A DNA stretch of 64,000 bases from Schmidtea nova. Taxonomy: Eukaryota. Below the pieces are notes generated by a model. The model was not told where the DNA came from and did not search any database. It was given only the letters and a program-made list of their open reading frames with translations. Positions 11,805-26,270 of the stretch are shown here, one piece after another. The stretch is taken from assembly GCA_044892505.1 (NCBI GenBank), contig CM097882.1, positions 375,472,001-375,536,000 of the forward strand, in the 5' to 3' direction. The position numbers and the translations under genes were made by a program. Positions within the stretch are counted from its first letter, which is position 1. Every line of letters starts with the position of its first letter.

Positions 11805-13893
11805 AAAAATTTATTTCCTTTTCCTTTTTTTATTTTTGATAACAATTACTTTACTTTGCTAAATATTTTTTTTAATTTAAATTAAAAGTTTGAAATATCA
11901 TAACTTTGTTTAAATAATCTCTTTTAATTTTTCTCGTTTCAAAAATGATTGCAACTCAAACTCAAATGCCTAATGGTGAATGTAAATTTGGAGATGAACA
12001 ATGTGTTCTCTCCTCTCGTGTGGATGAGCTTGTTATTTTTGGAGGGTTTATTTTTCTTGATTCACTTTTATTTACCTTTTTTTCTTTCCTTTCTTAATTA
12101 TTTCTTATTTACTACTTCATTTTGTTTATGAATTTCTATCTTTGACCTGAAAACATCTTAATTAAAAACTCTTTTGCCCCCTTTTTCTTGACGTTTTGCT
12201 TCGGTGAATAAAACTGTTTAGCTCAATCAAAAGGAAATTTTAGCCTTTAAAAAAAACAACCAGATAATTATTGTACATTTTCGAATACTTCACATAATCT
12301 GGATTTTGCTGATCAAAGAGAAACTTAACAAGAACAGAAAAGCCAGAATTAACAATAGAACACCTCACTGATTCCGATTGTTCTAAATCAAAGAAAAGTT
12401 TATCCAATATTGCAATGCCGGAATCCAAATCCGATGAAGAACACATTAACTGCCAGGGACAATACAGGCAAATTCGAGTGACAATCGAGTCGAGAATACC
12501 CAGAATATATCCAGATATTTCAGACTCTTCTGCCCTAGAATATTGTCAGTATGGAATGCTCCATGTTGAGCTATGTCCCATTAGAAAATTATCATATTTT
12601 ATTGTAATAAAATTTATTATGTTATAAATATATAATATAAATATTGTATTTATTTAAAAGGTCAAATCATTTACATATTAATTGTATGACCACAACAACA
12701 TCTTTCCCGGAGATTATATATTGATGTGTGTTTACCCTAGCAACATCTTCCTTTAAGATTATATAGATGTGTGTGTGTGTTTACCCTAGCGACCGGTGCT
12801 ATGTGAAAAAAGTGGTGCAGTGCGCTCACTATCACCTACTTAAGTGGTCACAGTCTTTTGTTATTTTTTATAATAACCGTCCAGACATGATTGTTTACGT
12901 TTGTTCATTTTTTAAATGATTGAATTATTAAAACACAATTGTCGTGCTATAATATTAAATTATTATGTTAGAAATTTAAAAAATCTTTATCCAGCCTGAT
13001 CAGAGTTTACTTGATTATTGCTCAAAATAAATAGAACTAAAGTCAGCCATAAACGTAGTAAATTCAGAATTAAATTTATTCTGAATTTACTACGTTTATA
13101 TCTGTCTTCAGTTTCATGTTTGAGTTCGCGATTTAGTATGTTAAAATAAGTAATATTCAAATAATTTAACCATTTTAAATAAAATAGTTAAAAAATTAAA
13201 ATTAAGTTTTTACTCTTTCATAGACCGATGCAGGTTCACGGACCACCACTTTAAGATCCACTGATTTATATGATAAATTTGTAAAATATAAAATGTTGAT
13301 ATTTATTTGATAATAATTTGGCAATTGTGATATTCAATGTGATCTAGGGTAGCAGAGATTAAGTTATTTGGTATAATTGACAAATGCTTTCCAATGAAGG
13401 CTGTGAGGATATTTAGACATGGTTATTAGCGAGCATTAAAATTAAAATTAAATCATTATTTGTAGATAGTTAAAATAAGTTTTAAATGTTTAATTAAAAA
13501 TATTTCCAAGTTGATCCGTCTATTAAAGATTATAGAGAAAGACTTCGGATAGCTTTTAAAAAAAGACCACGATAACGCAGGTTATTAAAGCCGCGTTTGA
13601 ATATTGGCAAACGAATGAAGAACCAGAGATTTATTTTGGAAAAATAAAGAGTCTTGTGGACAAACTTATGAGTCATGAATGAACAGCAGAAAATTAGAAG
13701 AACAGCTATTAGGTACATTGTTCCGCGGAAAAGAAGTTGAGAATGAAATTATGGTCAGATGAAATCGGAGGTACAGAAGAAATAAAAAAGAAGATCAAGA
13801 AATTACACGAAGTTAGGAAAATGAGCGAAGAGATTTACGCGGTAAAGGAACGAATACCAGAAGGAGATAAAAAGAAGCTATAAAGAGGTCACC

Positions 13894-14529
13894 ATGAAAA
13901 ATAATAGATATGATGAACCAGGAAATAGAACCAGACGATATAGAGAGAACGTAATTCAAGATAATAATATTATAAAATGCTTTTGTTTCGGGGGTCAAGG
14001 CCATGTAGAAAGGGAATGTCCAAACAGACAACGAAGAAATATCGAGTGTTATGGATGTGGACAACAGGGACATACCCAGAGAGAATGTCCAAATAGGCAG
14101 CGAAGAATTATTTCATGTTATTCATGTGGAAAACAAGGCCATATCCAGAAAGATTGCTTGAATAGACCAAAAAGAGTCGTTACATACTATACATTTGGAG
14201 TAGAAGGACACGTAAGTAGAGATTGTAAAAAAGTCAGATGTCAAAGATGTGGATTAGGAGGTCACTGGGCAGAAGAATGTTACACAAATCTGAATAGGTT
14301 GAAACAAAACATGACAAATAGAGATAACAGACAACAAAAAGGAAATTACGAAATGGAAACAACGAAAGGAAGAAGAAATTACAATGGAACAAGGACCTAT
14401 CAAGATACACACAATGGACAAGTTGCATATATAAGAAGTGAAAGTTATGAAGACGATGAAGAGAGGTTCTCTAGTGCCCCAAATGAGAGGGTCCCGACAA
14501 GAGAGGACGTTGTCGGGGCGGTTTTTTAA
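13894..14529 (+). pseudogene. Gag nucleocapsid region with five tandem CCHC knuckles
   Basis: CFCFGGQGHVEREC, CYGCGQQGHTQREC, CYSCGKQGHIQKDC, YYTFGVEGHVSRDC (degenerate), CQRCGLGGHWAEEC. Confidence 0.88.
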
Positions 14530-14761
14530 ATGATGTCGGAGACTCCCACAAGGACAAAACAAGAGAGGAAATAGACTTGTGAGAGAATAGAAAGGATAAG
14601 GAGAAGAAGCAGGAAGACGAGGACAAACGAGTTGTAGAAAAAGTTAATAAGTTTTTTAAGAAGAAATTTGAGGAAAATGAGATATCTGAAGATGAAGAGC
14701 ATATAAGTACAGAAATCTTGACAATAGACAAAAGAGACCAAGTATTATCAGGTATTACATA

Positions 14762-17350
14762 ATGAAAGGTAGACCTAGTGTGTTAATCAAAATCCCAAAT
14801 CAAGAAATGGATTGTTTACTTGATTCAGGGGCAACGGTTAACGTTATGAGTTGGAACCAGTATAAAAAATTTTATAATATTGAATTGATGAAAACGGCAA
14901 GTGTTCTAAGATGTGCAAATGATAAAGTATTGGAAACAAAAGGTAAAGAAATGATGAATGTTGAAATAATAGGAATATACAAAGTGGTAAGGTTCACGAT
15001 TGTGAACCACATAACACCAGAAGTGATTTGGGGGTATAGAGTTGTGGAAACAATTTGGATTTCAAATACAATGGCCTCAGAAAGAGATAAAAACAATGAA
15101 TTATGAACACATGTGTAATATCGAAGCAAAGTTTGGAAAACTGATAACAGGAACAGAAAGATAACAGAGCAAAAAGCATTAAAAGTAAACGATGCGGTAT
15201 TAATAGAAATTATAAGGAATAATCAGGATGTTTTTATGGTAAACAAATGGAACATCGGATGCACAACTTTGCTAAAACATAAAATAGATACTCAGGGGAA
15301 TCCAATAAATATCAAGCCACGAAGACAACCAGTTCATTTAGAACCAAAGATTGAGGAGGCAATACAGAATCTTTCTGAAAATGGAATTATTAAGAAATGC
15401 AATTCATCGTGGAATACGCCACTGGTTTGTGTCTGGAAAAAAGATAAACAAGACATCAGATTATGTCTAGATTTCAGACAGTTAAATTTAGTTACAAATA
15501 GACAAGCGTATCCAATGCCAAATATAGCGGAGATATTGGATAGATTGGAAGGAGCAAAACATTTTACGTCAAAAGACCTGGGAAATGCATATTATCAGGT
15601 TAAACTTAAAGAAAATTCAAAAGAAAAGACGGCATTTTCAACCACGACGGGGCCAGAAACATTTCAGGAGTTAATGGGAAAAGTACTAGGCAACATAAAA
15701 GGTACAACTGTTTATTTGGATGACATTTTAGTATTCACAGAGACAAAAGAGCAAAATTATATGGTTCTGAAAGAGGTATTAGGAAGAGTTAGACTAGCAG
15801 GGTTGAGAATAAACCCAGAAAAATGTCATATACTGGTTCGAGAACTAAAGTTCCTTGGGCACATTGTAAACAAGGATGGTATACAAACAGACCCATCAAA
15901 ATTAGAAGCAAAAAAATCATTCCAGAAGCCGAAATTTATAAAGAATCTAAGGAGTTTTTTAGGGATATGTAAGTATTATAGAAGGTTTATCAAAGACTAT
16001 GCCAAGAAAGCTAAAACGTTGGAGGAATTAAGTGGAAAAAACAATGTAAAGTTAATCTGGACAGAAAACTGCGAAAGGACCTTCGAAGAAATGAAGAAAG
16101 CACTAACAGAATCCCCTGTTTTAGGATACCCAGATTTTACAAGAGAGTTCATCCTAGATACAGACGTCAGTTTTGATACAATTGGGGCTGTACTATCACA
16201 AAGAGATGATAATGGTTACGAAAAGGTTATAGGATATGGGTCACACGCGATTAGTAGTCATGAAAAGGGTATTGTATTACGAGAAGAGCTGCTTGCAATT
16301 TACTACTTTTGTCATCATTTTAACCACTACCTGTACGGCAAAATTATTTCCAAAAAAAAGTACAAAGCAATCACGTTCATGCTATCCACAAAAAGCCAGT
16401 AACTGCGCAATTTCAAACATGGATCAACCATCTCAGTAGTCTAGACATTAAAATGGAATACAGAAAGGGAGTGAATCACGCAAATGCCGATGCATTGTCA
16501 ACAAGTACCTGTGGAACTTGTACACAATGTCTCTTGAATCACGAGAATGCAAAGACCGAGAAAATGAAAACACGGTGTATAAACATGATAAAGAAAACGG
16601 AACGTTGTAAATGGTAACAAGATGATGAAGAAATAAAACAAATAAAGGAAGATATAGCACAAGGGTTATGCTGGAAATACATATTGAAAGAAGGGGTAGT
16701 AACGACCAAGGAAGGAAAAATATGGATTCCGAAAAATAAGAAACGGGAAATGATAAAAGAAATGCACGGATTACTATCACACGCAGGAGCTGAAAAAGTG
16801 ACAAAATATATAGCTGATCATTATGATATGAAGGATATAAAAGAATAGGTGAAAGAAACAATTAGAGCTTGTGAACCATGTCAAAGGACAAAGGTTGTTA
16901 CGACATAAACGAAGGAAGAGACAATTAAACTTAAGGCAATTTAGGACAATAAGAGATTATGTAAACGCATCATTAAAAGAAGGTAATCGAACAAGTTGGT
17001 CAGGTATATTGTCAGAAATTGAATTTACATTAAACGCAACATTTCAAAAGACAATTGGGAAGAGTCCTGCTGAAGTGGTATTTTGTAGGAAAATATTCAG
17101 AGAACGATGGTACAGTAAGAAACCGGAAGAGCATGCCATAGAAAAACCACATGAGGAAATTGTCACTAGGAGAGAGTTTAAAATTGGAGATTCGGTACTA
17201 GTAAAAGTCGAAACTAGATCCAAAGACAAAGACAGATACGAAGGCCCATACGAAGTGATTCAGAAGATACATGACAGACGATATACGTTATGGGACGAAA
17301 ATGGAAGATTGATTCAAAAGAATGTAGAGAAGATGAAAGAATTTTTTAAA
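14762..17350 (+). pseudogene. Gypsy pol (protease, RT, RNase H, partial integrase)
   Basis: LLDSGAT, RLCLDFRQLN, YLDD, FILDTD, H..H..CEPC, YEGPY; deletions in RT (TTTG^PETFQ) and in the integrase core. Confidence 0.92.
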
Positions 17351-17359
17351 GAAGGGGAA

Positions 17360-17709
17360 TGTGAGGATATTTCGACATGGTTATTAGCCAGCATTAAAAT
17401 TAAATAATTATTTATAGATAGTTAAAATAAGTTTTAAATGTTTAATTAAAAATTTTATGTTTAATATAATAATATTTTAAGTAAATTTTATAAAATAATT
17501 TTATATTAAAATAGTTTAATTTAATTTAAAAAGTTTAATCTTAAAAAAAAATAATAAATATGAATAAAATTTATAAGTGTTTTAAATAAAAATGCTCGTT
17601 TTTAAATTTGTTTAAATGTTCTCAAATAGACATACATTTTTCTTGAAATAAATATTTTGGGTGACTTTAGAATTTGAACTAACCGAAGATGTTTTAACAA
17701 CATCTAACA
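17360..17709 (+). repeat. 3' LTR of the Gypsy element (350 bp)
   Basis: TG..CA, follows the PPT, followed by the TSD; first ~95 bp match 13402-13500. Confidence 0.92.
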
Positions 17710-18526
17710 AAGGCAATTTAACATTCAGTCTGGGCATTTGGGGTGGATTGGATCCAAGTCATTGTAATATGAGACTAAATAAGTTTTACACCAAATAAAT
17801 ATTCCAGGCAACTAGAATTGTATCAACTATGGTGTTACACGAGCATTAAAAAAGTATATCGAAAAAATATTATATTTGACGTATCTGCAATAGCTTAAAT
17901 CTATGGGGTAAGATTGACCCTTTGTAAAGACCTTGGAAGATTTACTATGCACAGACTGACGGTTAAAAAGACGTTTCCAGATGAATTAAAAAGGTAAAAA
18001 TTGTATGGCTTACTTAGCACACCATTATAATTATAAATTTTGATAAATTATCCTTTTCTAATTGTATAATATAATTAAAAATATTAAAAATTTGGACTAT
18101 AAGTTACTCTATAAATATTAGATCGAAAATTAACTTTTTCATGGACTTTTCATTGTTCAAAAACGGTAAATTAAAATAAATTAAAATGCTCTTAGATAAT
18201 GATCGATCATAACGATTTAACCCATTTCCCGAGTTTCCTTAAAAACCTGCTTACTTTGATATTATAATCTTTCTGTAATCTATTTTTCAAAAAAACGAAT
18301 TTTGTTTTTTTACTTTGTGAAGATAGATGTAAAAAAATTGAATTAATTAATTTTTACTATACTATTTATTTAGTTTTCACTTCATTTTTACAACCCTGAT
18401 AATTTGGTTGGGTTGTATCTGTAAAATTGGTAATGAAACCTGACTCCTAGTACTCTCTATGTAAATTAAACAAAGAAACCCAACTCAATAAATTTATTTA
18501 TAACTCAAAACATTTCTCAACAGTAT

Positions 18527-20915
18527 TGTTACAACACTTTTGGATTTAACCTAAACTTTTTCTTATTTTTATGACAAGGTAAGTGTTGAGGATATCTAAA
18601 TAACAAATAATATAATAGACAATTTGAATATCTTGGGGAAAACCGATATGATAATTGAGATAGCATCCTGGAGTTCGGAGAAGAAAAAAGAGAAGCAAAA
18701 AGTAAGAAATGAGGAAGGAATAAGAAAAAAAAGAAATTTAACAACAAAGCGGAGAAAGTTCACTTATAATTAATAAGTGCAAGAAAACAGAAAGGAATTC
18801 AGAAATTGGAAAACAAAACCGGTATCTTGTCAGTTGTCAAGATATTTCGGGAGCAATAAAAAGTATGAGAAGTGCCAGAAGCATAAATGGAAAAAAACAA
18901 ATTATCCCGAGTGCCGAACTGTCAGGGGCAACATGGGAATTTAAAAAAGAAAATGGAAAGGTGAAGTATCATGAGTAGATATTCAATGGAAAACTGAAAA
19001 AATAAGTAAAAATAACATAAAAGAAAAGAAAAACAAATTACTAATCCAACGTTAATATCCAGAGAAACAAGAGACCCCAGAATAGCGAAATCTAGAATAA
19101 ATTCACAAAAATAGCAAAAATTAATAAAATAATAGTACATTTATCATGAATTTTGACCTACAAGGCAGGATATTGAAAACTGTCGATCAACATATTAAAA
19201 TAAATAAAATAAAAAAACCGATCCATTTGACGGGATCGATCACGATAAATACTGAGCCGAAAATCAGTAGAATTATAAAATTTGGAACTTGTTTCCGATC
19301 AACTTAACTGATCGGAAACTTTCAATTTGAATCGTGAATTTCTCTACAAGCGAATTTTCGAGGATTTATATGTAATTTATTCTTTTGTGATTGTATACTT
19401 CCATGGTCTTATTGTTCATGATTTTGTTTTGTTAAATTTATTATTTTAAATATATTTGTTTATACTATGATTTTATAATTTTATTTATGATATTTTTAGG
19501 TTAAATGCAAATATGAGATGCTAATTAATATGAGCGCCCTCGGTAGCGCAAGCTTCGAGGGTGAGTTTCGTCCACGTGGGGCCAATGAGATCCACAAGAT
19601 GGTGAAGGTTTGTTTTTGTTTAAATTTAATTATTAATTGTGATAAGGATTTTATTTTTGGCATCAAAACTTTTCGAGTAACGATAGTTAGGGGAAATGAG
19701 CAAGCTAGATAGAAACATTAATTAGTTGAACCCACCCCATGTATAAGTGTTAAGATTGTTTTTAATTAGCAGTATTCCAGATATATTTCGCTGAGAAGGG
19801 GAACGAGAGTTTTGTTTTTTGCGATTCCCACTTTAAATGTAATAAATTAATATAGTTCTCACCCACTAGAACAGATTACACTAAGTATCTAGTTGAGGAG
19901 AATGAATAATGAATCTTTAAATTTAATTAAATAAATTCTAGAAAGATGAAAGGAATATGCGTCAGCAAGAAGTACAGTGAGAATGCACAAATATTGCGTG
20001 CTCAGGAAAGATATAAGGCCCAGCAGAGAAGGGTGTTGGGGCCACTCAAGAATCTACCGACATCTCTTTTGTGTACAATAGACGTATTGATGAGCAAGTG
20101 GCGCCAGGAGTTCAAAATGAGATGCCAATTTTCAATTTGGGAAAGTCTATATGACGAGATATGGTATCCTGGAGGAGTCTATTGGTCGATCTCGACAGAA
20201 GACAGCTATTCTGAAAAATATACAAGGTTGTTGATCATCACCAAAGATGATAAGCGGTGACCATAACTAGTAATCGACTGGGGATATATTCCGCAATATG
20301 AGTTTAAAGATCTTTGGATTATTTTAGCTAACTCTACTCGACCTTTCCGGAAAACACAAGAGGAAAAAATGAGAAGATTTTCAACGACACCATTAAGAAA
20401 AAATCGCGTTCGAGAAGGATTAAAATTAGACAAATCTTTTCATGGAACTCCGTGTTATGTTTTGATGAATGAGCTTAATCTAATAAAACATTATGTTACA
20501 ATTCATTTCCTTCATTTAGTAAACGAGCAACTAGGGCCAATATTTATTTTAGATAGTATAAATAATCAATTTATTGTAGCATGATGACCATATAAATGTT
20601 AAATAACTAATATAAAAGAATGTATTTTTCTCTTACAGTATGTCATCAAACCGATCAAACTAATACGCCGAGGTGAAATCTCGAAAGCATCAACACGAAT
20701 ATGAACGGGAAATTGAGAAACTGAAAACCCAAGTCCGAAGTCTCGTCACTGAAAATCAACGTCTGAATTAGAGTCTCTTTACCCCTGAGCAGATGAAGAT
20801 ACAGCTCATGCGTACGACAAGAGCCTAGCAAGCAACCATGGAAGTGCAACTCTAAGTCGAAGCAACAAAAGTGGAGCTATGAAAATGACTGAGCACGGTT
20901 ACCAGATCGTTCATT
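18527..20915 (+). mobile_element. Truncated large LTR-like unit with decayed two-ORF cassette (copy A)
   Basis: Starts TGTTACAAC, A-rich leader, splice-like sites; ORFs at 19946 and 20640 resemble ORFs at 37209 and 38032. Boundaries approximate. Confidence 0.5.
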
Positions 20916-22931
20916 GAGACCGACAAAATCAAAAGAAACATAAAAATCCACTGAAACAAAGACCTAGAAACTGCATTCGAAAAAGCAAAAACTAAATTGT
21001 CAAATACAAGTCTACTAAACTACGCCGACCCAAACCTAACCTACGCTATCAACACAGACTGTTCAGGAATAGTGATGAGAGACACAATATACCAGAAGAA
21101 AAATAACGAAAAACAACCCATTGCATTCTTTTCAAAAAATGTCAAGGTACACCAAATTCTATATTCTACTTTCGACAAGGAATTACTGGCAGTACACGAT
21201 AAAATAAAACACTTTCAATACCTTTTAGAAGGGAAAGAGTTCAAAGTGTATGCTAACCACAAACCACTAATAAACACAATCAACATGGAATTACCGTCAC
21301 CAAGACAAATACACAACTTAATTACATTTCACAATTCAATTGCAAAATAAAATACATATTAAGAGCAGAAAACATATGCGCAGATACACTTTCACAAATT
21401 GAAGCAGAAACAACGCAATCAGCATGATCCCAACAATAAAAAACAACCAAAAAACAACAAAAAACTTTACAAAACTCAACTCATTAGTTCTAAAAGAGAT
21501 TGATGGAATTTGGCACGATATCTCAAACTAAATCAACAAAAGACTAATAATACCTGATGAACACAGAATCCAACTCAACAAACAATTCCACAACATATAT
21601 CAATCAGGAACAAAAGCCACATACTAACTTATGCATACAAAAGTGGTATGGCCAAACATGAGGAAGGACATTAAAGAATTCGTCAACTCATGTATAAATT
21701 GTCAGAAAAACAAAATAATAACACAAATTCAAAACAACAAAAATCGAATTCCCTAAAACAGAACCTTTCCAAACTATCCATATAGACATAATTGACCCAT
21801 TACCCCCTAACAACAAATACTCACAATTATTGACAGAAACACAAACTGGTTTGAGTCTATCCCAACAAAAGAGATCTCAGCAGCAACAATTAATAGAAAA
21901 CTAGAACTAAACTAGTTTGCGAGATAAGGATACCAAAAATCAATCATCAGCGATTAAAGCAGACAATTTGAGTAAGACCCATTTAAAGGACTGTGCTCAA
22001 AATATAAAATTAAAAAAGTCAAAACAACAGAATACAACCCAAAATCAAACGGCAAAGTAGAAAGGCTACACAGATCTTTAAAACAAGCAATCACAGCCAA
22101 AGTCAGCGATAGGAACTGGTTAGAAAAACTCCCAGAAATTCTAATCAGTTTTCGAAACAACCCTTTGACGTTAAACAACAAAAGCCCCAGCCAACTAACT
22201 TTTAGACACTCAACAAACTTACCAAATCTGACAGAAATCATTGAGAAAACAAAAGAAAGTTCTGACATCAAAGAAAAAGCAAATCAAAACGAAACAAAAG
22301 AAGTACCCATAAAAAGACAATAAACCTAAACATTCAAAAGAAAATCTCATTGTCAAAACGGAACTAAAAAAACCTTTTACCGGCAGTTTCAAATCAAAAT
22401 ACGAAGGCCCTTACACACTACTTGAAATAAACGGAAACGTGGGTACATTACTAATAAACAACCAAAAAGTCAGAATTAACATTCGTAGATTAAAACCATA
22501 TCGATGCAACAACCAAACAACACACAACCCCTCTAACAACGAAAACCAAACCAGAAAATGACCTTTACAACCCCTCAACAAAAACACAGCTATATATAAC
22601 CAAAATAAAAAAAACGCTACAGTGATTGTCTCAAACAAAAACACCACACTTGCAAAAACAAATTTTATTTGTACAATTTTTATATTTTTATTGTGAGTTG
22701 AAGAATATAAACAGAAATATGTAAATAAAAATTATGCTTCTATTTGTAAATATTGTAGTCTCCGGTTTTAAAGGGGGAAGTAATGTAAATTTTTAGTTTC
22801 TAGTTTATTATATGACGTAGGTGCATATGGGTTTTTGACTTTTCTGTTAAGTATTTGTGTGCGACTTGTGTAGTATTTTCCTTTTATCTTTTTATATAAT
22901 GTGGAATAAAAATTTGAATTAAAAAAATTCA
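20915..22931 (+). mobile_element. 5'-truncated Gypsy relic (RNase H, integrase, PPT, start of 3' LTR)
   Basis: TAFEKAK, NTDCS, YSTFDKELLAV, YNPKSNGKVERLHRSLK, YEGPY; PPT AAAGGGGGAAG at 22770, TG at 22784; LTR end uncertain. Confidence 0.85.
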
Positions 22932-23585
22932 AAATTCAAAATTAAGAAAAATCAATAGTAATATTGAAGACATATCTAAAGAAATAAAACAAGAAATAAA
23001 ACTACTATAGAAACTAAAAGGAAAAAATAAATAACTAAGGAAATATTAGATTATATTGGCAAGATTAATTGCGGGAAAAGGAAAAACAAATTGTCAAAAG
23101 AATATAAGAAAGAAACCTAGAAACAAATTAAATACTAGAGAAGCTATTATAAAATCGGGAAAACTGCTAACACAGTTGGAATATTCGTTTCAATCGTTTC
23201 AAATTAAACTACTAATAAATTCATTCGTGAGTATAAATTTTTATATTTTGTTGTAGTCAATAAACTTATTTGTTCCAAAATTGTTATCTGTTATTACAAG
23301 CCTTCACTACATGCACAAGCACTCAGGCACACACATTCATACACATACACAACATACATACCAGCTGTCCCAAGACAGTTATTTTTTATAAAGGAGACTC
23401 TGCTGGACTCTGTAATCTTCTTTTACACAAACATTACTACATAAGTACATTTCACATCTGTCACATCTATTTCATAATATAATTGTACAACAACAGTACG
23501 TTAATATGTCTTATATAACCAGAAAATTCTTCCATTCAACATTACTTAAAAAATTATTTAATTTAAAAAAACATATTACTAAAAA

Positions 23586-24000
23586 TGGCAATGTCTCAAG
23601 TAGAGGAAAATGTTAGCGATGGAGAGGAAAGCTTAACAACAGCAACTAATACCATTCAAAAAAAGAGAGGTTGTCAGAAGAGCTGGGTAAAAGTAGAAAC
23701 ATTTGACAATGCATAAGAAGTAGAAAAATGGTTGGAGAATATATGCAAACATATTGTTGGAATAGCTTTTCGCTTGAAACTATGCAAAGTTCCATCTGCA
23801 GCGAAAACTGTTCCTATTGGTGAAAAAAGAAACCGAGTAGACCAGCAAAGGCTAACTTTACTGATAATAATTTTAAATTTACTGATCAAATAAATATTTA
23901 ACTGATCAATTATGTAAAAATTACTGTTTTTTATTCATTTATTGACTGACAATTTTAATTTACATTTACTGACCAATTAAACTTTTTTACAGATCATTAA
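23586..24000 (+). mobile_element. Internally deleted Mutator/MULE relic
   Basis: ICKHIVGIAFRLKLCKVPSAAKTVPIGEKR (SWIM-finger C-terminus) joined to an N-terminal fragment; followed by short TTTACTGA repeats. Confidence 0.65.
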
Positions 24001-24025
24001 CTTTTTAAGCCATTCTTCATATAGG

Positions 24026-24027
<2 letters not shown>

Positions 24028-24056
<29 letters not shown>
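24028..24056. repeat. (CT)n microsatellite
   Basis: Direct observation. Confidence 0.95.
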
Positions 24057-24058
<2 letters not shown>

Positions 24059-24059
24059 A

Positions 24060-24520
24060 TAATTTGCTAATATAAATTAACAAAAGTAATAGTCTATCAG
24101 GCTAAATCTCACAAAAACAAAACAATTAGCCTGGCGACATTTAACCTTTTACCCAAGGACTCTCCTTTAATAATTTATGTTAACTGGATATTGTCTGGCT
24201 TTAAGAAATAATTAAAATATTAATTTTGTTGTCAGGTCGGATTTTCCATTATCTTCGGCTTCCCGATAGCCACTTAAGTTTATTTGATATTTTTAATAAA
24301 TTTATAATTTCTTAATATATTTTTTCTAGGGAACCCCATTGACTTTTTATTATTACCTTCGCATTCGTCACACTATTTGCCCTCCGCTCAAAACCATTTC
24401 CTCTGCAAAATATTGAATTTTTATTTTTTATTAATTACATTTTAAATTGTGCCCATTTAAATGATTTGTTTTCACTTTATTTTTGCGTCAAATTAGATAT
24501 AAAATCAACAATTCTAAATT
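24060..24520 (-). repeat. Decayed LTR fragment related to the 9148-9950 solo LTR
   Basis: Shared blocks such as TTTCTAGGGAACCCCATTGACTTTTTAT vs TTTCTGGGGACCCCCCATCGATTTTAT. Confidence 0.5.
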
Positions 24521-25699
24521 AATTTCTAATAAAAGATTGATTTGGCAAATATTAATTTTGAAATCGATTAATTTATACAATGCATCAGACAATTAATTTG
24601 ACCATTATTAATTTCTGAAATAATTTAATATAGACAGCAATGTCAATTTTTCAAAAACTTTTTTGGAAAAAAGTGTTTTATAGTCCGAATTTTACAGTAT
24701 CTAATTACAAATAAATATTATTAACCTTTTATCATAAAAACCTTTCGACAGTTTATTCTCAAATTGATCAGTACTGTATAAATTGTAACTCGTTTCAAAT
24801 ATACAGGAATCCTCTATCAAATTATGCTCTTCTATTTTGTCATCAAAATCTGTGTCATTAAATGAACTTGAGTTCTTTGATTTTTCTGTGTTAAAAATCA
24901 AATCAATAAATATGACTTGGTAAAACTAGAAAAAGCATACGTGAAATAATAAGAAATAATTTAACCGTAAAAATATAGTTTATAAAACTCTATATTTCAC
25001 TCTCTTTATTTTTATCAAAACTGAAATTTCAATATGCGTTCTCAATGCTATGACATATTTATTCAAACTTATATAACATATTTTAGATATAATTACGTTA
25101 TCTCTTTAATCTGAAGTTAATGAATAGATAAGAATTTATATTGAAATAAGGAAATAACACTAGATTTGACATATCAATGCTTTTTAAATTAACCCACTTT
25201 CCGTGATCGGATCAATCTGAAATTTTGATAGCGTGTAGTGTTCTCAACATCAAATCTAATTGCCAAATGTCAGCTCGATACTATCATGCCGTGGCAAAGT
25301 TTGCGTGGCACAATCAGTCAAACGCGAAGTTAATATAGAAAGAGTAAAAACGTATGAATGATTTAGAATTTATAGAAATTTATCTGTTGAGTAAGTATTT
25401 TCCGCAAATTATTTGGTTAAACTTAAATTAAAACCATATGAAGTCTAAATAAGAAAGATCTATCTAAAAAATTTGTAATTTAAAGAATTTAAATGTCGAC
25501 ATACAAATTGACAGAAAGACTTCAAGTTTTTATACAAAATTAATGGGAAAATTCATTACAAAGATTAGCTTCCGAGACTTTTTACATAAAAAAATACAAA
25601 CCGTCCATCAACATTCAATTCGCACAAAAAAATTAAAATAAATTTTTTCATCCAATAAAATAATTATAAAATATTAAAAAAATAATTAAGGCTACTATT

Positions 25700-26270
25700 T
25701 AGGATTAAGTAAATATAACGATAGAAATACACACTTGATAAAGGCTGTGCCGAAATATTGTGTTATTGTTTATAAAAAAAAATTTGATCTATAGTCATNN
25801 NNNNNNNNNNNNNNNNNNNNNNNNNNNNNNNNNNNNNNNNNNNNNNNNNNNNNNNNNNNNNNNNNNNNNNNNNNNNNNNNNNNNNNNNNNNNNNNNNNNN
25901 NNNNNNNNNNNNNNNNNNNNNNNNNNNNNNNNNNNNNNNNNNNNNNNNNNNNNNNNNNNNNNNNNNNNNNNNNNNNNNNNNNNNNNNNNNNNNNNNNNNN
26001 NNNNNNNNNNNNNNNNNNNNNNNNNNNNNNNNNNNNNNNNNNNNNNNNNNNNNNNNNNNNNNNNNNNNNGACTATAGATCAAATTATTTTTTTATAAACA
26101 ATAACACAATATTTCGGCACAGCCATTATCAAGTGTGTATTTCTATCGTTATATTTATACACACTTGATAAAGGCTGTGCCGAAATATTGTAATATTGTT
26201 TATAAAAAAAAATTTGATCTATAGTCATTATGAGAATTATTGATAATAATAATAAAAAAAGATCAAAGGT
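25700..26270. repeat. Palindromic AAT-associated repeat, cluster 1
   Basis: Alternating copies of CACACTTGATAAAGGCTGTGCCGAAATATTG..GATCTATAGTCA and its reverse complement around N gaps. Confidence 0.9.

Larger units (their letters stand above)
13402..17709 (+). mobile_element. Ty3/Gypsy LTR retrotransposon, internally deleted
   Basis: 5-bp TSD AAGGC; LTR start TGTGAGGATATT at 13402 (truncated at ~13500) and at 17360; PPT AAAGAAGGGGAA; gag-PR-RT-RH-IN order. Confidence 0.95.
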
